Assembly (NCBI GenBank): GCA_965247115.1
Contig: CBDFGR010000002.1
Span: forward strand, 1,728,001-1,792,000
Length of the DNA stretch: 64,000 bases
Source of the DNA: Myxococcota bacterium
GTDB lineage: Bacteria; Myxococcota_A; UBA9160; SZUA-336
Direction: 5' to 3'
Every line of letters begins with the position of its first letter. Within the stretch, counting starts at the first letter, position 1. Both the position numbers and the translations under genes were made by a program. Positions 22,600-31,243 of this stretch are shown here, one piece after another. The notes beneath the pieces are model-generated. The model did no database searches, had not been told where the DNA came from, and saw nothing but the letters and a program-made list of their open reading frames with translations.

Positions 22600-23914
22600 G
22601 CGCCCACGTCACGAGCTCCGGATAGATCACGATCAGGCTGAGGCCGATGAGCTGGATCACGATGAAGGGGATGGCGCCCCGGTAGATCTGCGTGGTGCGG
22701 ACCTCCGGCGGTGCGACGCCCCGGAGGTAGAAGAGCGCGAAGCCAAAGGGAGGAGTGAGAAACGAGGTCTGCAGGTTCATCCCGACCATCACGCCGAACC
22801 AGACCAGGTCGATCCCGAGCAGCTGTGCGGCCGGCACGAGCAACGGAAGCAGGATGAAGGCGATCTCGAAGAAGTCGAGGAAGAAGCCGAGCACGAAGAT
22901 CGACAGGTTCGCGACGATGAGCATGCCGACCACGCCGCCCGGTAGGTTCGTCAACAGCTCCTCGATCCAGATGTCGCCGTTCAGCCCACGGAACACCAGC
23001 GCGAAGGCAGTGGACCCGATCAGCAGGAAGAGCACCATCGCGGTCAGGCTGGTGGTGGCCTCGGCGGTCGAGCGCAGCGCGGTCATGTCGAGGCGGCGGT
23101 TCAGCGCCGCAAGCAGGATCGCGCCGAGCGCGCCGAGTGCGCCCGCCTCCGTCGGAGTCGCCACACCCGCAAAGATGCTCCCGAGCACGAGCAGGATGAG
23201 CACGAGCGGCGGAAGCATGACGAGGGCCACGCGGCGGGCGAGGGCGGCGGGCGGGAGCCCTCGCTCCTCTGCTGGCAGCGCTGGCGCTGCCAGCGGTCGG
23301 AGCAGCGCCACCGCAACTACGTAGAGGGCGTACATTCCGGCCAGGATCAGGCCAGGAAACAGCGCTCCCAGGAACAGGTCTCCCACCGATACGCCGAGCT
23401 GGTCGCCGAGCACCACCAGCACCACGGAAGGGGGGATGATCTGTCCGAGCGTTCCAGCTGCGGTGATCACGCCGGCCGACAGCTCGGTGGAGTACCGGTA
23501 GCGGAGCATGACGGGTAAGGAGATCAGACCCATTGCGACAACGGAGGCACCGACCACTCCCGTCGCGGCAGCGAGCAGCGTGCCGACGATGACGACCGCA
23601 AGCGCGAGCCCGCCGCGCAACGGCCCGAACAGCAGGCCGATGGTATGCAGCAGGTCCTCTGCCAGGCGCGAGCGCTCCAGCATGGTTCCCATGAAGACGA
23701 AGAACGGGACCGCGAGCAGGACGCCGTTCAGCATGATGCCGAAGATCCGCTCCGGCAACGCGAAGAGCAGACTCGCCTCGAAGTAGCCGGCCGCGACGCC
23801 GACCACGGCAAAGAGGAGCGACGTCCCGCCCAGCGCGAACGCCACGGGATACCCCGAGAAGATGAGCAGGAACGCCACCACGAACATGAGCGGCCCGAGC
23901 CAGTCACCGCTCAC
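22592..23914 (-). CDS. TRAP transporter large permease (DctM)
   Basis: LLAVPFFVFMG, GTLGQIIPPS, NLQTSFLTPPFGFALFYLRGVAP. Confidence 0.95.
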   Translation of the reverse strand: MSGDWLGPLMFVVAFLLIFSGYPVAFALGGTSLLFAVVGVAAGYFEASLLFALPERIFGIMLNGVLLAVPFFVFMGTMLERSRLAEDLLHTIGLLFGPLRGGLALAVVIVGTLLAAATGVVGASVVAMGLISLPVMLRYRYSTELSAGVITAAGTLGQIIPPSVVLVVLGDQLGVSVGDLFLGALFPGLILAGMYALYVVAVALLRPLAAPALPAEERGLPPAALARRVALVMLPPLVLILLVLGSIFAGVATPTEAGALGALGAILLAALNRRLDMTALRSTAEATTSLTAMVLFLLIGSTAFALVFRGLNGDIWIEELLTNLPGGVVGMLIVANLSIFVLGFFLDFFEIAFILLPLLVPAAQLLGIDLVWFGVMVGMNLQTSFLTPPFGFALFYLRGVAPPEVRTTQIYRGAIPFIVIQLIGLSLIVIYPELVTWALS

Positions 23915-24450
23915 TCCTGCTCTCCTTCGGTCTCATGGCCGCGCAGGCGCGCCACCTGCACGATCGCCTGAGAGACGCCCTGCAAGATCAGGAGCGCGAA
24001 CGCGAGGGGAACGAGAGTCTTCAGGGGATAGCGTGGCAAGCCGCTCGGATCGGGGGAATCCTCGACGATGGCCCACGAGTTGCTCACGGCCGGCCAGGCC
24101 ATGGCGAGCGCGAACGCGCAAAACGGAAGCAGAAAGAGCAGCGTCCCGACAAGATCGATCCAGGCCTGGCCGCGGCTGCCTAGGCGACCGTAGAGCACGT
24201 CCACGCGAACGTGCTCGTCTTTGCAGAGCACCGCGGCCGCAGCCAGCAGAAAGAGCGCGCTGAACAGGTACTGCTGCAGCTCCAGGTAGGCGTTGGAGCT
24301 CAGGTTGAAGCCGATGAAGCGCCCGACGTAGCGGGCCAGTGCGTTGTACGCGCCGATCACAATCATCAGCAGCGCGAGCCAGGCGACCAGTCGACCCAGC
24401 GCGAGGTTCAAACGATCGATCCAGCGAGAGAGCCGCAACCAGCCGCGCAC
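23911..24450 (-). CDS. TRAP transporter small permease (DctQ)
   Basis: Four TM segments, DEHVRVDVLY, GLPRYPLK. Confidence 0.92.
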   Translation of the reverse strand: MRGWLRLSRWIDRLNLALGRLVAWLALLMIVIGAYNALARYVGRFIGFNLSSNAYLELQQYLFSALFLLAAAAVLCKDEHVRVDVLYGRLGSRGQAWIDLVGTLLFLLPFCAFALAMAWPAVSNSWAIVEDSPDPSGLPRYPLKTLVPLAFALLILQGVSQAIVQVARLRGHETEGEQE

Positions 24451-24456
24451 GTGCGC

Positions 24457-24464
24457 AGTATACT
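24457..24464. promoter_or_regulatory. Palindromic -10 element AGTATACT, candidate bidirectional promoter
   Basis: Reads TATACT on both strands, each followed by exactly 6 nt and then a GTG (24450 minus, 24471 plus). Confidence 0.6.
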
Positions 24465-24470
24465 GGCGGT

Positions 24471-25361
24471 GTGAGCGAGTCCCTCGACCAGCCAGAGGCC
24501 TGACCGCTGCGCCGAAGGCTCGCGATTGCGGCGCTCCGCGCGCTGCCGAAGAGCGCGTTCTCGCGCCTGCTGGGCCTGCTGGCCAGGCTCCGGCTACCCC
24601 GCCCGTTGCTGCGCGGCCAGATCTGGCTCTTCGGCAGGGTTGTGGGCGTGAACTTTGACGAGGTTCGGGATCCTCTCGACTCCTTCGCGAGCTTTCAGCA
24701 CTTCTTCACGCGCGCTCTCAAACCCTACGCGCGTCCGATCGATCCAGCGACCGACGCCGTGGTCGCACCCTGCGACGGGGCCTGGGGCGAGTCGGGAGAT
24801 GTCTCGCAGGGGACGCTTCTGCAGGCAAAGGGACGCTCGTACTCGATTGCCGCGCTGCTCGGGAGCGCGGAAGACGCCGCACACTTCGAGGGCGGCTGCT
24901 TCGCCACCTTCTATCTCGCCCCGGGGGACTACCATCGCTTTCACGCGCCGATTGCCGCGCGCGTGACGAGGGTCTCCTACCTGCCCGGAACGCTCTGGCC
25001 CGTGAATCGCACCGGTGTCGAGAGCATCGAGCAGCTCTTCGCGCGCAACGAGCGGATCTGCGCGTTCATGCAGGCGACGGGGGGCATGCTCTGCCTGGTC
25101 GCGATCGGCGCCACAGGCGTCGGCAGGGTGCGGATCCGCTTCGATGACCTCGTCACGAACGCGCGCAACGCCAGGGCGGAGGTGCGAGAGTACGGCGCCT
25201 CCGGGCCCAGCCTGGCCAGGGGCGAGGAGTGGGGCCGCTTCGAGCTCGGCTCCACGATCGTCGCGCTCGCAACGCCCGGCTGGCTCGACCTCACCAGTGC
25301 GGTGTCGGGCCAGCCCGTGCGTCTGGGAGAGCGGATCGGAACCCTGCGGTCAGGAGGCTGA
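24471..25361 (+). CDS. psd: Phosphatidylserine decarboxylase; start uncertain, in-frame TGA at 24501
   Basis: FFTRALK, APCDG, YLAPGDYHRFHAP, FARNER, RFELGSTIV cleavage motif; conserved-looking N-terminus LPKSAFSRLLG lies upstream of the ORF-track start at 24606. Confidence 0.88.
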
Positions 25362-25763
25362 GCCCGTCCCCTGCGCGCCGGATCCGGCTCCACGCAGAGC
25401 ATCCAGACTCCAGACGCCGGCACCCTTCGCCGCCATCAGCAAAAAGATAAAGCAGAAGAGCACGGCAGGGTCGCCGCGGTTCAGCAGGGGGATGAGGCCC
25501 TGGGGCTGATGCGCCATGAAGTAGGCCACAGCTATCTCCCCGCTGCAGATGAAGGCCGTCCAGGGCGTGAACAGGCCCAGGGTGATCAGAGCTCCTCCGA
25601 CAGCCTCGACCAAGGCGGCGGGGTACAGGATGGCGGCCGGCATCTCGCCTCCGCCTCCGACGATGAGCAGTACTTTCTGAACGCCGTGGCTCACGAAGAG
25701 GAACCCGACCACGATCCGCATGGCCGCGTAAATCTGATCCTCGTAGCGCCTCAGTAGTTCCAT
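25350..25763 (-). CDS. DoxX family membrane protein
   Basis: RIVVGFLFVSHGVQK, GLFTPWTAF, GAGVWSLD. Confidence 0.88.
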   Translation of the reverse strand: MELLRRYEDQIYAAMRIVVGFLFVSHGVQKVLLIVGGGGEMPAAILYPAALVEAVGGALITLGLFTPWTAFICSGEIAVAYFMAHQPQGLIPLLNRGDPAVLFCFIFLLMAAKGAGVWSLDALRGAGSGAQGTGSAS

Positions 25764-25893
25764 CGAGCCTCCTCCTTGCGTGGTGTCACCGTTATACCCC
25801 CTTGGACGAGGCCGGGGGAAGAAACGGGTCTTCGGCGCCCGCCGCGAGGTGAGCCCGTGATAGCATGACCGCAGAGCGCAGCACGGAGGCGAG

Positions 25894-26178
25894 ATGTCGA
25901 TACGGTTGACGGTTCAGTTGAACGTTCAGGAAGGGAAGTCGAGCGAGTTCGAGGCCACCGCAGGAGGCGCGGCGTCTACGGTGCGGGCCGAGGACAAGGG
26001 CTGCGAGATGTACGACCTGTTCAAGAGCGTAGACGACGACACCCGTTACGTGCTCGTGGAGGCCTGGGCCACCAAGGAGGATCTCGACGCCCACGGAACC
26101 TCCCCAGGCATGGCCGAGATGCAGAAGATCGGCGGGCTCCTGGTGGGCCGGCCGACGATGCACCGCTACGAGGACTGA
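25894..26178 (+). CDS. Antibiotic biosynthesis monooxygenase (putative quinol monooxygenase) family
   Basis: EDKGCEMYDL, VLVEAW...DLDAHGTSP. Confidence 0.85.
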   Translation: MSIRLTVQLNVQEGKSSEFEATAGGAASTVRAEDKGCEMYDLFKSVDDDTRYVLVEAWATKEDLDAHGTSPGMAEMQKIGGLLVGRPTMHRYED

Positions 26179-26196
26179 TCCCCGGGGAGCGCTCGC

Positions 26197-28266
26197 GTGA
26201 ACGGCGATGGGCGTGACAGCCTTTATCTGGATCGAGAAATCAGCAAGCTGTCGTATTTCGCGCGGCTGCTGCAGGAGGCGCGGGACCCCCGGGTTCCGCT
26301 GTACGACCGGATCAGGCTTCTGGCGATCTTCTCGGGGCAGCTCGACGAGTTCTTCCGCGTTCGAGTAGCGTCTCTGCTCAGCCTGCTCAGAGACGACGCC
26401 ACCACGACCGAAGAGTCCGGTCTCGATCCGGGCGACCTGTTGCACGAGATTCAGGCGATCGTGAACACGCAGCAGGAGGAGCTGGGCCCCATCTTCTGGA
26501 AGGCAGTGCAGGAGCTGAACGAGCTCGGGATCCACCTCGTGCGCGAGGACGCGTCGCCCGGCAGCGGCTTCTCAGCGCTAAGCAGGTCTCACGCGCGCTA
26601 CATCTCCCGCTGGTACACGCGCGAGCTCGCGCCGCTGCTCCGGCCCGAGCTTCTCGGTGCGCGAGCTCTCGAGCTGAAGAACGGAGTGTCGTACCTGGCT
26701 GTACGCCTCCGGGCGGCGGGTGGAGAGCCGCGCCTGGCGATCGTGGAGATTCCGACTGCGAAGGTGCCGCGTTTTCTGTCGCTTCCCGAGCGCGAAGGGC
26801 GCACAGAGATCATCTTCCTGGACGACGTCATTCGCTTCTCTCTCCGCGACATCTTTCCTGGCGACGAGCCCGGCGAAGCGCACGCCATCAAGCTGACCCG
26901 TGACGCGGAGCTTTATCTGGACGACGAGTTCTCCGGAGACATGCTGGAGAAGATCCGGGGCAGCCTGGAGCGGCGGGATACGGGGCTTCCGTCGCGCTTT
27001 CTCTACGACCCGACCATCCCGGAGGAGACCCTGCGGGAGCTCACTCTCGCGCTCGACCTGAGCCCCGACGAAATGTTCGTGGGCGGGCGCTACCACAACT
27101 GGAACGAGTTCGCCGACCTGCCGCTTCCCGAACGGGTGGGGTGCTCCGCGCCTGCCCTGGCTCCACTCCCCCATCCCGACGTGCTGCCGGACAAGTCGAT
27201 CTTCGAGCAGATTCAGCGCCGAGACTTCATGCTGTACTTCCCGTACCAGAGCTACGAGCCCGTGCTGCGCTTCTTGCGTGAGGCCTCCGTCGACCCGGAC
27301 GTCGAGTCGATCATGATCTCTCTCTACCGAGTGGCAGCAAATTCCGAGATCGTGCAGTCCCTGGTCCAGGCGGCCGATGGCGGAAAGGCGGTTACGGCCT
27401 TCGTCGAGGTGAAGGCGCGCTTTGACGAGGAATCGAATATCTACTGGGCGGAAAGGCTCGAGAAGGCGGGAGCGAAGGTCGTGTATCGCTGCCCCGGGCT
27501 GAAGGTGCACTCGAAGCTCTGTGTCGTCTCCCGTCGCGAGCGAGGGCAGCTCCGGGGCTACACCTACGTGAGCACGGGGAACTTCAACGAGAAGTCTGCC
27601 CGCACGTATTGCGACTTTGGCGTGTTCACGGGCGATCCGGCGATCGGAAGGGATGCGCACCACCTGTTCGAGTTCCTGCAGGACCCGTCTGGAGAGCCGG
27701 AGCTCGAGAAGCTCGTCGTAGCGCCCTTCACGCTAGGGAGCCGGCTCACGGAGTTCGTCGACCACGAGATCCGCAACGCGCGAGCGGGAAAGCCGGCGTC
27801 GATCCTGCTCAAGGTAAACAACCTCGAGGGCCCCGAGTTCATCTCCAAGCTCTACGAGGCCAGCGCGGCGGGCGTGAAGATCCGGCTGATCGTCCGGAGT
27901 ATCTGCTGTCTGGTGCCTGGCGTACCGGAGCTGAGCAAGAACATAGAGGTCATCAGCATCGTCGACCGCTTCCTCGAACATGCGAGGATTTACATCTTCC
28001 ACAACGGGGGAGACGAGCGCTTCTTCGTGGCCTCGGCGGACCTGATGACCCGGAACCTGAGCAAGCGCATCGAGGTGGTTCTTCCGATTCAGGACCCCGA
28101 ACACCGCGAGGTCCTCCGACGTATCGTCGAGCTGCAGTGGAACGACCCGGTCAAGGCGCGAATCATCGATTCGGAGCAGAGCAATCGCTATCGAGGACAG
28201 GGCAGAGGGCGCGGGAGCTCTCAGGAGGAGACCTACGAGCTGCTCGAGAAGATGTTTGCTGCTTGA
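26197..28266 (+). CDS. ppk1: Polyphosphate kinase 1
   Basis: LDEFFRVRVA, SLYRVA, VEVKARFDEESNI, LKVHSKL, STGNFN, DRFLEHAR, SADLMTRNL. Confidence 0.96.
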   Translation: MNGDGRDSLYLDREISKLSYFARLLQEARDPRVPLYDRIRLLAIFSGQLDEFFRVRVASLLSLLRDDATTTEESGLDPGDLLHEIQAIVNTQQEELGPIFWKAVQELNELGIHLVREDASPGSGFSALSRSHARYISRWYTRELAPLLRPELLGARALELKNGVSYLAVRLRAAGGEPRLAIVEIPTAKVPRFLSLPEREGRTEIIFLDDVIRFSLRDIFPGDEPGEAHAIKLTRDAELYLDDEFSGDMLEKIRGSLERRDTGLPSRFLYDPTIPEETLRELTLALDLSPDEMFVGGRYHNWNEFADLPLPERVGCSAPALAPLPHPDVLPDKSIFEQIQRRDFMLYFPYQSYEPVLRFLREASVDPDVESIMISLYRVAANSEIVQSLVQAADGGKAVTAFVEVKARFDEESNIYWAERLEKAGAKVVYRCPGLKVHSKLCVVSRRERGQLRGYTYVSTGNFNEKSARTYCDFGVFTGDPAIGRDAHHLFEFLQDPSGEPELEKLVVAPFTLGSRLTEFVDHEIRNARAGKPASILLKVNNLEGPEFISKLYEASAAGVKIRLIVRSICCLVPGVPELSKNIEVISIVDRFLEHARIYIFHNGGDERFFVASADLMTRNLSKRIEVVLPIQDPEHREVLRRIVELQWNDPVKARIIDSEQSNRYRGQGRGRGSSQEETYELLEKMFAA

Positions 28267-29323
28267 TCTCTGTAGAACGCTCTGTACTGCCCTGCTCGTG
28301 CTCGGCGCGTGCGCCACGCCCCGGCTGCCCGTGCCGGGTCCTGCGGTCGACGACCGGCTCTTCGCCAGCCACGACATCTTTGCGCTCACGCTGGAGTTCG
28401 ATCTGGGCTCCGTGCTCGGCGAACGGAAGGGCAAGAGCACGTACCAGCCGGCGGTGCTGACCTACACCGATACGGCAGGCGAGCAGGTGCGGCTCGAGAT
28501 CCAGGTGAGGACGAGGGGAAAGTACCGACGAAGGCCCGCCACCTGCAACTTCCCGCCGCTGCGTTTGAACCTGGTGACCAAGCGAGCCAAGGGAACCGTG
28601 TTCGCGAAGCAGGACAAGCTCAAGCTCGTGACCCACTGCCGGGGACTCTACGAGCAGCTGGTGCTGAAGGAGCATCTGCTGTACCGCGCGTACAACCTGC
28701 TGACCGATCGCAGCTATCGCGTGCGGCTGGTCGAGGTGACGTACGTCGACTCTGCGCAGACGCGAGATCACGCCACCTACTACGCGTTCTTCATCGAAGC
28801 AAAGGAGACCATGGCGAAGCGCAACGGCTTCGTCGCCATCGAAGTGCCCAAGGTGGACGTCGACGACCTGGACAGAGGCGACGTGAATCGCCTCGAGGTC
28901 TTCGAGTACATGGTGGGAAACACCGACTGGTCCACGATTCGCGGGGCAGCGAACGACGACTGCTGCCACAACACCACTCCCATCCGCGGGGACAACGGCG
29001 CTGTCGTTTCCGTTCCCTTCGACTTTGATCTGTCGGGAGCCGTGGGCGCCCCGTACGCGACTCCGAACCCGGATCTCGGGATCCGCAGCGTGTACCAGCG
29101 GCTGTACCGCGGATACTGCGGATCCGAGGCGCAGCTCGAGAGCACGCTCCAGATCTTCCGATCGCGCAAGGAAGACATCTATGCCCTTTACAAGGGCGAG
29201 CCGCGTCTCGATACCTGGCGCGTCAACCAGATGATCGACTACCTCGACGAGTTCTACGCTACGATCGAGGACCCGGGCAAGGTGGAGCGGAGCCTGACTC
29301 GCAAGTGCAGGAAGGCTCCGTGA
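28256..29323 (+). CDS. Hypothetical lipoprotein, possible CotH/kinase-like fold
   Basis: Lipobox VLGAC; RGKYR..TCNFPPL, KLKLVTHC, FEYMVGNTDWS, HN, PFDFDLSG; overlaps the ppk1 stop. Confidence 0.7.
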   Translation: MLLDLCRTLCTALLVLGACATPRLPVPGPAVDDRLFASHDIFALTLEFDLGSVLGERKGKSTYQPAVLTYTDTAGEQVRLEIQVRTRGKYRRRPATCNFPPLRLNLVTKRAKGTVFAKQDKLKLVTHCRGLYEQLVLKEHLLYRAYNLLTDRSYRVRLVEVTYVDSAQTRDHATYYAFFIEAKETMAKRNGFVAIEVPKVDVDDLDRGDVNRLEVFEYMVGNTDWSTIRGAANDDCCHNTTPIRGDNGAVVSVPFDFDLSGAVGAPYATPNPDLGIRSVYQRLYRGYCGSEAQLESTLQIFRSRKEDIYALYKGEPRLDTWRVNQMIDYLDEFYATIEDPGKVERSLTRKCRKAP

Positions 29324-29557
29324 GTCTTGTGGGACCCGGCCGTGGGCGGCCGCGGCCACCCACCTCCGCTCAGGGCTTCGCCCTTCGCTGCGCGCGCCGC
29401 TTCCGCGGCGCTTGCATGGGTGCCAAGCCCCGGAGGAGGTTGCCGGTTCTTCACGGAATCCGAACTTGGGGACGGTCCTTAATCCGAACTTCTTGGCGAT
29501 AACTTGGGGACGGTCCTTAATTATAATTTCTTAGGTCGAAGTCGGAGCTTCTGGTCA
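29324..29557 (+). repeat. Repeat R1 copy C (29324-29429) plus extension with two direct copies of motif R2 (aacttggggacggtccttaat at 29463 and 29501)
   Basis: Colinear with the reverse complement of 52899-53107. Confidence 0.92.
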
Positions 29558-30403
29558 GTGGGGCGGGACTCGCGCTTGCTCGAGCCGGGGTCGGTAGAGG
29601 GTGAGGTGGGCCCGGCCTCGGGCTCCCTCGTCTGCCAGGGCCAGCACGTCTTCCGCGAGGAGCGCGATCCCCTCGGGCTGACGATGGCGGCGGGGGAGGG
29701 CGCGGACGGAGACGACCTCGCCGTCCGGCGTGACCTCGGCCAGTGCGGATTCGCGAGCCGCGACGACGAAGTAGTGCCCCGTGTCGGGGTGCCGCTCGAT
29801 CCCGCTGGGGTGGAAGGAGTCTCTGCCGATCCCGGCGGCCAGGGTCGCGACGGAAATCAGGAGCGGCGCGTTCTCGCTAAGCGTCCTGCGTTCCAGAGAC
29901 CAGCGGTGGATCCGAATGAAGCCGTCCGGGCGGGGGGTCTTGCAGAGCAACAGAAGCGAGCGATCCGCTGGCTCGAACGCGAGCCCCTCGACGTCGCAGT
30001 CGCGGCCGATCCCCGTTCCGTAGGTGTTGTAGAGGACCCGCTCCCCGTCCGCGCCCTCGAGGCTCTCGTAGAGCCTGCCTGAGCTGGCCACGAGGTAGAA
30101 GCGATCGCCTGCGATCGCAATTCCCTCGAAGTCGTCGTGGACCGTTGCCTCGCCAAGGGCGAACGCCTTGACGAAGCGCCCGTGGCTGGGATCGATCTCG
30201 TAGATGATGCCGAGCTCGTCGCCGTGCCCGAAAAGACGCCCGTCCAGTGTGGCCAGCCCGGAGATCTCCTTGAGTCGCTCAGGCAGCCTCCAGCGCGTCA
30301 GCGTCTCCTCGGAGAGCGTGTAGGCGTCTAGTCCGACCGTTGCGCCGCTGAGACCCAGGCAGAGGAGTGCCGGCAGGGCCAGCCAGCTCCTTGCTCTACG
30401 CAT
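29555..30403 (-). CDS. SdiA-regulated (YjiK-like) exported beta-propeller protein
   Basis: Signal peptide from ATG 30403; LKEISGLA, DFEGIA, DVEGLA, HPSGIE, QPEGIA repeats, ADEG. Confidence 0.8.
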   Translation of the reverse strand: MRRARSWLALPALLCLGLSGATVGLDAYTLSEETLTRWRLPERLKEISGLATLDGRLFGHGDELGIIYEIDPSHGRFVKAFALGEATVHDDFEGIAIAGDRFYLVASSGRLYESLEGADGERVLYNTYGTGIGRDCDVEGLAFEPADRSLLLLCKTPRPDGFIRIHRWSLERRTLSENAPLLISVATLAAGIGRDSFHPSGIERHPDTGHYFVVAARESALAEVTPDGEVVSVRALPRRHRQPEGIALLAEDVLALADEGARGRAHLTLYRPRLEQARVPPH

Positions 30404-31112
30404 TCTCGAGACCGGACACGTCGTCCTCTGGCTCCTCGAGCTTGCTTTTCCTGGCCTTCTTGCCCTTCCTGTTCTTGCGCGCGCCCTCGCTCCCGTAGTC
30501 CAGCTTCCAGAGCATGAGGTTCGTGTAGTTGAAGAAGAGCGAGATGACGACGGCGATGAGGAGCGCGCCGATCCCGGCGGAGAGTCCGACACCGATCGCG
30601 GCGAAGAGGAACAGCGCGTCCGCAGTGTCCTTGAGCGTGGTGCGGAAGCGGATGATGGCCACGATCCCCGCCAGGCTGAAAGCGAGCGCGAGGCTGTTCT
30701 GCACGATGATCACGATGCCCGCGACGGCGATGGGAAGGATCAAGATCACCTGGGCCACCGATCCGTCGTAGCCGTCGCGGAGGCGCGTGCCCATGTACAC
30801 CCAAGAGACGGGGATCATCAGGAGCAAGGCACCCGCCATGGAGACGAAGAGCGAGACTGCGGTGTCCATGCCCCCGGCAGAGCCGCTCGCATTCGGGCCG
30901 ACGGGCTCGAATACATCAGTGCCGCTACCCCACCCGGTGAACTCGCTCGCCTCGATCGGAATGTAGTCGGCAGTTCCCGGAAGCAACCACAGGACGAGTC
31001 CCATCACCGAGCCCAGCAAGAGGTAGTAGAGGGTGATCTGGATTCCCGGTGACCTCGGTGGCTGCGCCAGGCGAAGGAAGGGGTTCGGGATCGGCACCGG
31101 ATCAGAATACAC
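30396..31112 (-). CDS. DUF4956 family membrane protein
   Basis: SLALAFSLAGIVAIIRFRTTLKD...LFLFAAIGVGLSAG; start uncertain. Confidence 0.82.
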   Translation of the reverse strand: MYSDPVPIPNPFLRLAQPPRSPGIQITLYYLLLGSVMGLVLWLLPGTADYIPIEASEFTGWGSGTDVFEPVGPNASGSAGGMDTAVSLFVSMAGALLLMIPVSWVYMGTRLRDGYDGSVAQVILILPIAVAGIVIIVQNSLALAFSLAGIVAIIRFRTTLKDTADALFLFAAIGVGLSAGIGALLIAVVISLFFNYTNLMLWKLDYGSEGARKNRKGKKARKSKLEEPEDDVSGLENA

Positions 31113-31243
31113 CCGCGTCCTGGAGCCGTCTCCACGGCGCGGGCGGGGCCGAGTTACGAATCCGGGCTATACTCCGCGGCTGCGATCGTCAACCTTGGAC
31201 TCGAGGTCCCTTCGCTGTAGAGGGACCTCCCGGGACCCCCCCA

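Noticed and set aside
24501..24503. Selenocysteine at the psd TGA
   Set aside because: The position is in a non-catalytic leader where no Cys is expected, and I see no convincing SECIS hairpin.
29254..29502. Short ORFs sharing PPTSAQ.F.LRCARRFRGAC (also near 5804, 10200 and 52968)
   Set aside because: They are translations of repeat R1, not a peptide family; starts and frames are not conserved.
29463..29521. Two 21-bp direct repeats resembling a mini-CRISPR
   Set aside because: Only two units, a 17-nt spacer, similar sequence after each repeat, the motif occurs inverted elsewhere, and there are no cas genes; better explained as a tandem duplication within a dispersed repeat.
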